This document shows positions 1 through 8,840 of a stretch of DNA of 64,000 nucleotides, piece by piece. The notes under the pieces are model-generated. The model was not told the DNA's origin. It did no database searches and saw nothing but the letters and a program-made list of their open reading frames with translations. Where the stretch lies: NCBI GenBank assembly GCA_964613215.1, contig CAZTHK010000016.1:3966-67965 (forward strand), written 5' to 3'. Position numbers and translations under genes: made by a program. The DNA comes from an uncultured bacterium (GTDB lineage Bacteria > Krumholzibacteriota > Krumholzibacteriia > Krumholzibacteriales > CAZTHK01). Position 1 is the first letter of the stretch. Each line of letters opens with the position of its first letter.

Positions 1-374
1 AACGGGGCTGGGTGGCTGAAATGGCTGATCCATCCAGGTGCTCCTATGTTCTGCCTTCGGAGGGGTGGAAGCCCCGGGATGTCAGCCGCTGGGTTGCCCT
101 GGATGATAATTTCATAGTTTATCCCAACCCTTCATACGGAGAGATGGTAAATTTCAAATTTGCCTCTCCCGGGGAGGGAGAAGCCCGGCTGGAGATATTA
201 ACGGTTAGCGGAGAGCTGGTGGTGGAAAAGAATAAGCCCTTGAACGGGGGGGAAACGGATGAGTTTTCGGTACGTTTGAGTGAACAGGCCGGGGGGGTTT
301 ATCTTTCCAGGCTAACCGTATTCAGTAATGGGCGAAAGAGTGAAGCATACAGGAAGTTTGCCATAGTACGCTAA
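1..374 (+). CDS. Partial C-terminal end of a secreted protein with a T9SS (Por) C-terminal sorting domain. The gene starts upstream of the window.
   Basis: Track ORF 12..374. The tail ...YPNPSYGEMVNFKFASPGEGEARLEILTVSGELVV...GGVYLSRLTVFSNGRKSEAYRKFAIVR has the conserved block pattern of T9SS CTDs (PNP start, alternating hydrophobics, basic C-terminus). Confidence 0.55.
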   Translation, partial: RGWVAEMADPSRCSYVLPSEGWKPRDVSRWVALDDNFIVYPNPSYGEMVNFKFASPGEGEARLEILTVSGELVVEKNKPLNGGETDEFSVRLSEQAGGVYLSRLTVFSNGRKSEAYRKFAIVR

Positions 375-389
375 CCGTGGGGGATTTGA

Positions 390-1328
390 ATGCTAATCAG
401 ATTTATTGTTTCGATTCCGTTGATTGTTTCCATAATTGCAGCTCCTGTCTGCAGTGCCTCCGGAGGTCACCGGGACGGGGGTGAGGAGAATGGGCAGAGG
501 AAATCAGTGTTTGCCTCGATCTCCGGTTATGATATGGGCAAGGAGTTTGAACGCCCGGTATTGAAGCTGAAGGGCAAGCGTCTGGAATCACCCGGTATTT
601 CCAGGGAGGAATTCATGAGAGGAAGGGATATGGCAACCAGTACGGCTGGGAAAAGAAAGAAGAGGATAGCCATATCCGTGCTTGCCTCCGCAGTGGTGCC
701 CGGCCTGGGACATGCATATCTCTACAGCGGTCAGAGGGATAATTCCATCCTGCTCAGGATCCCCCTGTTCCTCGCAGCAGAGGGATACTTCTGGTACGGC
801 TACTTTCATAACCATAATAAAGGCAAGGATATAAAAGAAGATTACATGAATTATGCAGACCAGCACTGGAGCCTGGACAGATTCCTCGATCAGCATCCCT
901 GTTGTGAGGCGGTGGGCGGTTGTGACAGCTGGCAGCACTATAATGAATATTGCAGTGTGCAGTGCGGCGGGGGTGATTGCATATACTTTCTGTATACCCC
1001 CCGCAGTGTGGATGAGGAGGAGTATTACGAGAATCTGGGTAAATATAAAGCTTTCGTATACGGATGGGATGACTGGGAATCCGGCCAGACTTCGGTTTGG
1101 ACTCCTCACCGCAACTATTACTGGAGCCTCCGGTCGGAGAGCGACGATTATCTTCTCCGGGGAGATCAGTATCTGATGCTTCTGATGGTGAACAGGGTGA
1201 TTTCCATGCTGGATGCCGGCTGGCTGGCTTACCGGATGGGCCAGGGCGAGGGGTATGAGAGAAGCTGGTCACTGGAGGCTGGTAGAGGGATAACCGATCC
1301 CCGGATTACCTTGAATTACAACTTTTAG
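390..1328 (+). CDS. Hypothetical secreted or membrane protein. It has an N-terminal signal peptide, is Cys- and aromatic-rich, and is a tandem paralog of the next gene.
   Basis: The N-terminus MLIRFIVSIPLIVSIIAAPVCSASG is hydrophobic. It shares with ORF 1339..2160 the motifs VPGLGHAYLYSGQR vs LPGLGQYRMGRE and a C-terminal RxxYxxxxxLxxVN/SAxDA block. Confidence 0.45.
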   Translation: MLIRFIVSIPLIVSIIAAPVCSASGGHRDGGEENGQRKSVFASISGYDMGKEFERPVLKLKGKRLESPGISREEFMRGRDMATSTAGKRKKRIAISVLASAVVPGLGHAYLYSGQRDNSILLRIPLFLAAEGYFWYGYFHNHNKGKDIKEDYMNYADQHWSLDRFLDQHPCCEAVGGCDSWQHYNEYCSVQCGGGDCIYFLYTPRSVDEEEYYENLGKYKAFVYGWDDWESGQTSVWTPHRNYYWSLRSESDDYLLRGDQYLMLLMVNRVISMLDAGWLAYRMGQGEGYERSWSLEAGRGITDPRITLNYNF

Positions 1329-1338
1329 GGGGTAAAAT

Positions 1339-2160
1339 TTGAGAAGGATTCTATCTCTGGTATCGATTGTTACAATCACGCTGGCCTGCGGACCGGTTTT
1401 TGGTGGTTCTCCATTCCCTTCCAATCACAGCCATCCGGTATCGGTGGAAATGGAACCGCTCACCCTGAGTATGGGAGTGGGAATATCAGGCCAGCTGATG
1501 GGTGAAGAGATGGCCGGAAGTGGAGCTGGTTCGGCTTATAGAACATACTCGGCATTTCGGGAGGGGGCCTACAGCCTGCTTCTGCCGGGGCTGGGACAGT
1601 ACCGGATGGGGAGAGAGGTAAGAGCCAAGATATACTTCGGGCTGGAAGGAATAGCCTGGATAGCCATGGGAGGATTTCTGTGGCATGGTATGGTCAAGGA
1701 ATCAACTTACAAGGATTATGCAGTTATATATGCAGACGTTTCAGGTACTGAGCATCCCGACAACTACTGGGAAGATGTGGGGCAGTTCCTGAGCAGTGAA
1801 GGGACGGGTGGTTACAATGAATATGTCAGGCGGGAGGCCAGAGATATGTATCCCGATGATAGGGAGGCGATGGAATCTTACTACGATGCCCACAAATACA
1901 CCGGTGAACTTGCCTGGGACTGGCGTTCCGAGGATGAGTATTACCGTTACCGGGCATTGAGGAATGATACCCGGGCGGCTTACCGGAGATCGCTGTATTC
2001 TCTCTTTTTCGCTTTTGCCCTGAGGGTGGTAAGCGCAGTGGATGCGGTCAGAATAGCAAGGAGTGAGAATTCATATTATCAGGGTGATCCCACCTCTGTT
2101 TACCTGAAGTTGGATAGTTTTCATGACGGCTTTTCGCTGGCCATTCAGAAAAGATTCTGA
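1339..2160 (+). CDS. Hypothetical secreted protein or lipoprotein, paralog of 390..1328.
   Basis: Signal peptide MRRILSLVSIVTITLAC. Shares the LPGLGQ motif and the C-terminal aromatic/Arg-rich block with the upstream gene. Confidence 0.45.
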   Translation: MRRILSLVSIVTITLACGPVFGGSPFPSNHSHPVSVEMEPLTLSMGVGISGQLMGEEMAGSGAGSAYRTYSAFREGAYSLLLPGLGQYRMGREVRAKIYFGLEGIAWIAMGGFLWHGMVKESTYKDYAVIYADVSGTEHPDNYWEDVGQFLSSEGTGGYNEYVRREARDMYPDDREAMESYYDAHKYTGELAWDWRSEDEYYRYRALRNDTRAAYRRSLYSLFFAFALRVVSAVDAVRIARSENSYYQGDPTSVYLKLDSFHDGFSLAIQKRF

Positions 2161-3112
2161 CCGGCGGTCAGTGGGAGGGGGGTTGAGATTGTCCGGAGGA
2201 CGGGTCGTTATAATCTCTGTTTTATTGTTCTCTGTTATTATGGTGGTTGATGCCGCTGGTGTGGATAATAAAGCAGATAGCGATACCCTTGCTGTCAGAC
2301 TGGAAGCCACCGGTAGAACTTACGGGAACGGTAAGCTCAGACGGCCGGTAGGGTTATCGGCAGACGGAAGGGGCGGTATTTATACCGCTGATCCGGTCAG
2401 CGGGATGATTTATCGATTCTCCCGGGAGGAAGAGCCGGTTCAGTTCGAGAGGCCTCCCCTTCAGGCTTCCTTCTATCCAATGGACGTTACTGTATATGGT
2501 GCTTACATTTATGTGCTGGAGTATTCGGAGAACAGGCTTCTGAGATATGACCGGAGCGGTTCCTATCTGGATGTACTGATATCATTCCGGCAGATGGAAA
2601 GAATACGGCCGGTATCCCTGAACGCCGCTTTGGATGGCAGGTTGATATCAACGGATATGGAGAACAACCGGGTGAGGGTATGGTCACCCCTTCTGGATAC
2701 CGAATTATCATTCGGGGAGTATGGATGGGCGGGTGGGAATTTCAACAGGCCGGTGGATGGGATTATTTTGCCCGGCGGTGGTATAGCGATAGCCGAAGTG
2801 GGTAACAGCAGGGTGCAGCTATTTTCACCTAACGGTAAGTTCGAGAGGGAGCTGGAGCTGCCGGATACCCTCCAATTCGAAGCTCCCCGGGCATTGGCGG
2901 TGGATCAGGAAGGAAACCTTTTTGCAGGTGACAGCAGAGCAGGAAGAATATTGGTATTCCTTCCCGGGGGTGAATTCGCCGGAAGTTATAACTCATTCGA
3001 CGGGAACGAAATAGTACCGGTTTCTATGGCTTTGGGATGGAATTCATATTTATATGTATCCGATCTTCGCTCGCATTCCATACTGGTATTTCGCATAATC
3101 TACCCCTCCTGA
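2123..3112 (+). CDS. NHL-repeat (six-bladed beta-propeller) protein with an N-terminal membrane anchor.
   Basis: Repeated blades: GGIYTADPVSGMIYRF, YIYVLEYSENRLLRYD, RLISTDMENNRVRVWSP, GIAIAEVGNSRVQLFSP, NLFAGDSRAGRILVF, YLYVSDLRSHSILVF. Hydrophobic N-terminus VVIISVLLFSVIMVV. Confidence 0.6.
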   Translation: MTAFRWPFRKDSDRRSVGGGLRLSGGRVVIISVLLFSVIMVVDAAGVDNKADSDTLAVRLEATGRTYGNGKLRRPVGLSADGRGGIYTADPVSGMIYRFSREEEPVQFERPPLQASFYPMDVTVYGAYIYVLEYSENRLLRYDRSGSYLDVLISFRQMERIRPVSLNAALDGRLISTDMENNRVRVWSPLLDTELSFGEYGWAGGNFNRPVDGIILPGGGIAIAEVGNSRVQLFSPNGKFERELELPDTLQFEAPRALAVDQEGNLFAGDSRAGRILVFLPGGEFAGSYNSFDGNEIVPVSMALGWNSYLYVSDLRSHSILVFRIIYPS

Positions 3113-3117
3113 ATAAG

Positions 3118-6100
3118 ATGCGGTATATCTGCGTAATTTTCCTGGTATTCTTATTATTTTCCGCAGGACTGCCGGGGGAGGCTTTTCCGCAGAAAGACTT
3201 GAGATTCGTATCTCCCAGGGATCAGATAAAGGAGGTGGCCACTTTCAGGCTGGAGGAAGGAACTGCCAGGGTGGAGATGGGTGTGCCGTTTATTGTTCCC
3301 GGCAGTGATTCGCTCTCGCTGGGAGGAGTGCCTCTGAAGAGGGATAAGGATTACCGGATCAATAATCTGAAGGGAGTAATAATCCTTATCAAACCGGTCA
3401 AGCAGCACACTGAACTGAAGGTGTTGTACTCCCGCTACCCTTTTCCATTTTCACCTGTGTTTGCCCGGAGATTCCCGGAGGGGGGAGAAGTATTCCGGCC
3501 CTCCGGTGCTGCAGAGAGAGGACCAGCTCCGGGTAAGGGAAGAACGATCAGCCCACACCGGTTAAGGCTCTTCGGAAGCAAGACGGTGGGTTTTTCCCTG
3601 GGTTCGGGAAGGGGAGTAGGGGTAGATCAGAGTATGCGGGTGGAGATCTCCGGAAAGCTGGCTAGGGATCTGGAGGTGGAAGCGTTCCTGACCGATGATG
3701 ATATGCCCATCCAGCCGGAGGGCAGCACAGAGGAGTTGAGGCATCTGGAGAAAGTTTCCATTCAGATACGCAGCCGGCATACCAGGACACGGCTGGGAGA
3801 TCTCTCCGCCGGTATGGAGTGGGCGCAATTTTCCTCCTACCAGAGAGATTTGAGGGGAATTGTATCAGAAGTTAATGTGGGAAATCAGAAAATTACCGGT
3901 GGTGCTGGAATGACCAAAGGGAGGTTCAGACGGGTGGATTTCTTCGGCAGAGAGGGAGTGCAGGGACCCTATGAATTGCTGGAGGCCCGAAGATTCGATG
4001 CGGTGGTTATTCTCTCGGGTACTGAAACGGTTTATCTCGACGGAAGGCGTCTCAGGAGGGGGAGGGAGAATGATTATACCATAGATTATAACCGGGCCAC
4101 TGTAACCTTCACCGAGGAGAGCCCCGTCACCGCCGATTCGGAGATTGTGGTGGAGTTCCAGACCAGCGAGGATAATTATGAGAGGAACACGGTATTAGGA
4201 GGATGGGAGGCGGGTTGGGGTGACGGCTCGATCTTACTGAATACTTCCCTGTTTCAGGAGTGGGATAACCCTGATGAACCGTTACGGGGCAGTTTAACCG
4301 ATCAGGACATAAGAATAATCGAGCAGGCGGGAGACCGTGAGGAGGATGCCATAGCGGATGGAGTGGAGAGAGTCGGAGAAGGAGGAGGATATTATAATAT
4401 GGACCCGGTGGATTCAGTGTTTGTATTTGCAGAAGATGGAGGGGAGTACAGAGTTAATTTCTACAAGGTTGGTTCAGGAGAGGGAGATTACCGGCTGGAG
4501 GGTCTCACCTCCAGAGGAGTGGTCAAGTACACCTATGTTGGAGAGGGTGAGGGGGATTATGCGGTGGGAAGACCACTTTACCTCCCCCGGAGAAAGAGGA
4601 TATTTTCCATGGGGGCAAGGGCCTCCCGGGATCACCTTTTTCTGGAGTCGGAGGGAAATTTGAGCCTGTACGATCTGAACACCCTTTCCGGCCTGGATGA
4701 TGACGATAACAGGGGTACAGCTGTTATTCTGAAGGGAGGGTTGAGGGATATTCCCGTCAGCTCCTCCAGACTGACTATTACCGGGGAATATTCAAGGCTG
4801 GAGGACCGTTTCGCAGCTCCCGACCAGGTCAGGAGGTCTTACTTCTACAGGGACTGGAACCTGCGGGATGTACCACTGGTGGGAACAGAGAATATAGCCG
4901 GAGCCGCCCTTAACTGGGAGAGTAAGGAGCACTGGCGTTTCAGTGCGGATTCCAGATATCTATCCAGGGGGAATGATCTTTCCGCCACCAAGAATGAAGT
5001 GGATTTTACTCTGGGAGATATCCGGGAGAGGGGGTTGAATCTTACCGGCTTCGATTCCAGGGTCAATGACAGCCGGGACAGAACATTCGGAAGAGGAGAA
5101 ATAAGATACGCCCTGTGGCATATGGTTCCCTCCCTCTCGCTGGAATCGGAGCGGTACCGTAATTTCACCGCCCCCCGTGACACCGGCAGATACTATTACC
5201 AGGGCAGCCTTTCCCTTGGTACCAGAGAGACCGGGAATTTCACCGGCGCTGTCTCATACACCGGAAGAAGGACCGATTACCTCACTCCTGCAGGAGGGGA
5301 ATGGTTCAGGGGAAGGGATAATGATGAGATTTCGGTAAAAGGCACCTACTCGGGTGGTAACAGAACGGTGGAAATTTCCGTCCATCACAGGGAGACCAGC
5401 TATATAACAGACGGGGCATCCAGCACTTACGATTTGGCCGGGATCAGTTACCGGGATGGTACCTCCAGTGGATCGGTGGTATCGGACCTGGATTACCGCC
5501 TCAGTTCGGGTGAGGAGAGAAGGCAGGAAGAAACTGTAATATATGTGGGAGAAAACCAGGGTGACTATGACCGGGAAGGGAGGCAGGTTGGTCAGAAGAG
5601 GGGGGATTACATGGTGATATACCTTCCCGGAAGCGAGAAGGAGGCTCTGCGAAAGGTAGAGTTAAACTGGCATTTGAATCTGGGTGAGGGTATTTACGGT
5701 ATGGGCGACCGGCCTGAGAAGGGACCCGGACTGTTTTCCCTGATACGCAGAAATGTTTCCTGCGATCAGTTCTTTTCGGTGTTAGAGAAGTCTACCACCG
5801 GCGATCTGATCGATCTTTATTTTCTTTCACCTCACATCCTTCAGAGGGATGACGTAACCATCTATGGTAACTGTAAGTTCAGACAGGAGTGGAGCTTTCT
5901 CAATTCGGTCAAGAAGTACGATCTCCGGCTCAGGTTCTACCGCCGGGATGAGGAGGATAACCGTTCACGGGGAGTTCCGATCGAACGCTTTTTACGGAGT
6001 GTGAGAGTGACCGCCGAGGCGGCCCCCTGGTCGCGGTTAACCCTCTCCACGGCGGTGGAATCAGAGCTTAACAGCAGGGAAACACCGCTGTCCGGTGATC

Positions 6101-6507
6101 AGAATTACCGGGTCAGTGAATTTTCAGTATCACAGAGTCTGGACTACCGGTTAAGGACATCCACTCGAATTTCACTGGAGGCGGCTCTGGAAAAGAGGAA
6201 TGACGATGTATCCTCGGCGGTTCAGGATTCCTGGGTATTGAGGCCGTCGCTGAGATCCTCCATAGGTAAAAAGCTCAGCCTTAATGCTTATCTTAAAATC
6301 ACATATACCGATGCAGAATCGAGTGAAAGAAAACCGCTGTTTTTCATGGAGGATGGTTTGCGGGAGGACTGGAGCATTATGGGACAGTACCGGGTGACCA
6401 GGAATGTAAGCTTCGGACTGAATTACACCGGCCGTCATGAGAAGGATTTTACCGGGGAGGTGAAAACGGTACATGATCTCAAGATGGAAAGCCGGGCTTA
6501 TTTTTAG
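3118..6507 (+). CDS. Large (~1130 aa) secreted, beta-rich protein of unknown function with recurring DY-x-(I/L)-x-Y...G-x-V motifs and a C-terminal ...AYF.
   Basis: The likely start ATG 3118 gives MRYICVIFLVFLLFSAGLPGEAF, a signal peptide. The track start 3037 overlaps the upstream gene. Uninterrupted frame of 3.4 kb. The end overlaps the downstream Omp85 gene by 35 nt. Confidence 0.5.
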   Translation: MRYICVIFLVFLLFSAGLPGEAFPQKDLRFVSPRDQIKEVATFRLEEGTARVEMGVPFIVPGSDSLSLGGVPLKRDKDYRINNLKGVIILIKPVKQHTELKVLYSRYPFPFSPVFARRFPEGGEVFRPSGAAERGPAPGKGRTISPHRLRLFGSKTVGFSLGSGRGVGVDQSMRVEISGKLARDLEVEAFLTDDDMPIQPEGSTEELRHLEKVSIQIRSRHTRTRLGDLSAGMEWAQFSSYQRDLRGIVSEVNVGNQKITGGAGMTKGRFRRVDFFGREGVQGPYELLEARRFDAVVILSGTETVYLDGRRLRRGRENDYTIDYNRATVTFTEESPVTADSEIVVEFQTSEDNYERNTVLGGWEAGWGDGSILLNTSLFQEWDNPDEPLRGSLTDQDIRIIEQAGDREEDAIADGVERVGEGGGYYNMDPVDSVFVFAEDGGEYRVNFYKVGSGEGDYRLEGLTSRGVVKYTYVGEGEGDYAVGRPLYLPRRKRIFSMGARASRDHLFLESEGNLSLYDLNTLSGLDDDDNRGTAVILKGGLRDIPVSSSRLTITGEYSRLEDRFAAPDQVRRSYFYRDWNLRDVPLVGTENIAGAALNWESKEHWRFSADSRYLSRGNDLSATKNEVDFTLGDIRERGLNLTGFDSRVNDSRDRTFGRGEIRYALWHMVPSLSLESERYRNFTAPRDTGRYYYQGSLSLGTRETGNFTGAVSYTGRRTDYLTPAGGEWFRGRDNDEISVKGTYSGGNRTVEISVHHRETSYITDGASSTYDLAGISYRDGTSSGSVVSDLDYRLSSGEERRQEETVIYVGENQGDYDREGRQVGQKRGDYMVIYLPGSEKEALRKVELNWHLNLGEGIYGMGDRPEKGPGLFSLIRRNVSCDQFFSVLEKSTTGDLIDLYFLSPHILQRDDVTIYGNCKFRQEWSFLNSVKKYDLRLRFYRRDEEDNRSRGVPIERFLRSVRVTAEAAPWSRLTLSTAVESELNSRETPLSGDQNYRVSEFSVSQSLDYRLRTSTRISLEAALEKRNDDVSSAVQDSWVLRPSLRSSIGKKLSLNAYLKITYTDAESSERKPLFFMEDGLREDWSIMGQYRVTRNVSFGLNYTGRHEKDFTGEVKTVHDLKMESRAYF

Positions 6508-8152
6508 CCTGCTGGCGACTGTTCTTCTAACCGGGAGAGCGGGTTCCGAAACCATTGCCGGGGTTATTTATTCCGGTATGGAGTGGTTGAATGGGGAACA
6601 GCTGCAAGGAAACTCCCTGCTCAAAGAGGGCAAATCCTACTCCGATTCGCTGTTGAGGAGGGAGGTAAGCAGGCTGGATTCCATGTATTTCAACCAGGGC
6701 TTGCTGGACTGGAAGGTCAGTATAGACACATTCAGGGTAGATGAGGGGCTGAAAGTGGAATTCAGGATAGATGAGGGAGAGGCTACTCTGGTGGGGGAGG
6801 TTAATTTGACTGCATCCGGTCCACTGGAGGAGGAGCAGATCATGGAACTCCTGGGTGTGCGGGAGGGAAGCCGTTTCAATCCATCCGCCATCGGCAGGTC
6901 CATGAACAGGGTGCTGCGCAGACTCAATGACAGAGGCTATCCCTATGCACAGGTATGGATTACAGAATACACTTATCAAAAAGGATTAAATCGGGTGGAT
7001 CTCTCCTTCTCGGTATCACCGGGATCCAGGGCCAGGATATCCTCGGTGGTCTTCGATGGTATATCCCGGACCGATACATCCACCGCACTCTCCTTCTCCA
7101 GGTTGAACAGGGGTGAGCTTTACAGTGAATCTGCGGTCAGGAGGGCTGTAGATTATCTCACCGGATCGGGCTATTTCAAATCGGTCGGGGGTGCAAGGGT
7201 GAAGGGGGGATTCCGCGATGGTGTGATTATTAACATACCGTTGGAGGAGAAGGAGAAGAGGGGAAGCTTTGAGGGAGCTTTCGGATTCTCCAGGAAGGAT
7301 AACGGGGATTACCTCCTGAACGGTTCAGTGGATGTTAGGTTGAACAACATAGCGGGAACAGGCAGAAATGTCGATTTCGACTGGTTGAATGATGGAAGAA
7401 ATTATTCCAGGATACGGCTGGAAATATTCGAACCCTTCCTTCTGGGTATGCCGGTTCATCTTAATGCCGAAATTGGTCAGACTGTTCAGGACAGTGTCTA
7501 TACCCGTCATTCCGGCGGCCTGTATTTCAATCTTCCGGTAAGACCGGGGTTTTCAGTCTATCTTGGTACGGCTGCGGACAGGAATATATCCGATACGGGG
7601 GAACTGCTGCGCTCGGTTCGTCAGCGTTACCGGGCCGGGTTAAGTGCCGGCAGTGACCGTAATCTCTCCCTCCGGACCCATCTGGAGGGCGCATACAAGA
7701 AGAAGTACCTCACCGGCTCCAGGTCGGATGAGGACTGGCAGTTGATCTACCGGCTGGAAACCCGAGGCGGCTATGATTTCTTAAAAAACCAGGGCTGCTA
7801 CTGCCGGTTTGTATCAGAGGGAGTGGTCTCCTCCGGAGATATTCACCCTGCAGAAATGTTTCCGCTGGGCGGTGCCTCCACTCTGAGGGGTTACCGGGAG
7901 AATCAGTTCAGAGGCGAGAAGATCGGTTTTCTCAATCTGGAATACAGGCTGGGGAGTACCGACCGCATATTTCTATTTAACGACACAGCAACATATTACC
8001 GGGAGGATACCGGCTGGAAATGGAAGAACGGATTCGGATTCGGGGTAAGATCTGTTTCCCGGGCCGGTACGGTGGTGCTGAGTTTCGGGGTGGGAGACAG
8101 GATTTCACTTAAAGGTACTCATATTCATATTCAGTTGATCGAGAGCTTCTGA
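6473..8152 (+). CDS. Omp85-superfamily outer-membrane protein (BamA/TamA/TpsB-like: POTRA repeats plus a surface-antigen beta-barrel).
   Basis: Signal peptide MISRWKAGLIFSLLATVLLTGRAGS. The C-terminal barrel signature FPLGGASTLRGYRENQFRGEKIGFLNLEYRL and the terminal ...LIESF are typical of Omp85/D15 barrels. Confidence 0.6.
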   Translation: MISRWKAGLIFSLLATVLLTGRAGSETIAGVIYSGMEWLNGEQLQGNSLLKEGKSYSDSLLRREVSRLDSMYFNQGLLDWKVSIDTFRVDEGLKVEFRIDEGEATLVGEVNLTASGPLEEEQIMELLGVREGSRFNPSAIGRSMNRVLRRLNDRGYPYAQVWITEYTYQKGLNRVDLSFSVSPGSRARISSVVFDGISRTDTSTALSFSRLNRGELYSESAVRRAVDYLTGSGYFKSVGGARVKGGFRDGVIINIPLEEKEKRGSFEGAFGFSRKDNGDYLLNGSVDVRLNNIAGTGRNVDFDWLNDGRNYSRIRLEIFEPFLLGMPVHLNAEIGQTVQDSVYTRHSGGLYFNLPVRPGFSVYLGTAADRNISDTGELLRSVRQRYRAGLSAGSDRNLSLRTHLEGAYKKKYLTGSRSDEDWQLIYRLETRGGYDFLKNQGCYCRFVSEGVVSSGDIHPAEMFPLGGASTLRGYRENQFRGEKIGFLNLEYRLGSTDRIFLFNDTATYYREDTGWKWKNGFGFGVRSVSRAGTVVLSFGVGDRISLKGTHIHIQLIESF

Positions 8153-8840
8153 TAAATTATTTAATCACCGGATTGGTTTTCATACTCTCCGGCTGGTTTT
8201 TCTGTGGTACCACCGCTGTCATCTGCATTATATCCGGAACTGCAGATTAAATCCCGTTAATTTGATTTTTATCCACTTCCGGCGTCGGAACAAGATGTCC
8301 GAAAACAGCCTTCCTTTTCAGTCAACACGAACAAAAAATCTCGGCAGGGTGGAATTCGAGGAACCCATGCCAACATGAACTGCTCGGGCTTTTGAAAATA
8401 CCAGTCAACAGATAATAACATATGGAGTTTCCCCGAAAGATTATCCAGGGATTTCATAAAACTATATACAACTGTCAGTTATTAATATTGATAAGTGGAA
8501 TATGTATATGCGGCTTTTTCCCCGGTGCCTGATGTTTCAAAGCCCTCGCCTGGCGAGCGGGCATGGTTTTCTGCCCCCTAAGGGACAGAAAGAGCGAGCC
8601 CGGGGCGCAGAGCTTAAGATTTCCACGCCGGGGAAATCGACAGCGATTTTGAAACACCAGGCACTGGAACCCTGCGGATAGAATAAAACTGGGTAAACTC
8701 CAAATAATAATATAGCTGTTTAAAATGGGAAAAACTGCGGGAGATAATTTTATCTTGATTAAACCCTTCGCCCCGGTTGACAATAGATAGCTTTTTAACA
8801 ATAATGGAAAGTCAAGGTTAAACAGAGGGAGGCGGTAATT

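Noticed and set aside
8460-8840. Expected TPP (THI-box) riboswitch in front of thiC.
   Set aside because: Neither CUGAGA nor the GGAUAAUGCC(A/G)GCG block was found on either strand. The finding reports only a structured candidate, not a riboswitch call.
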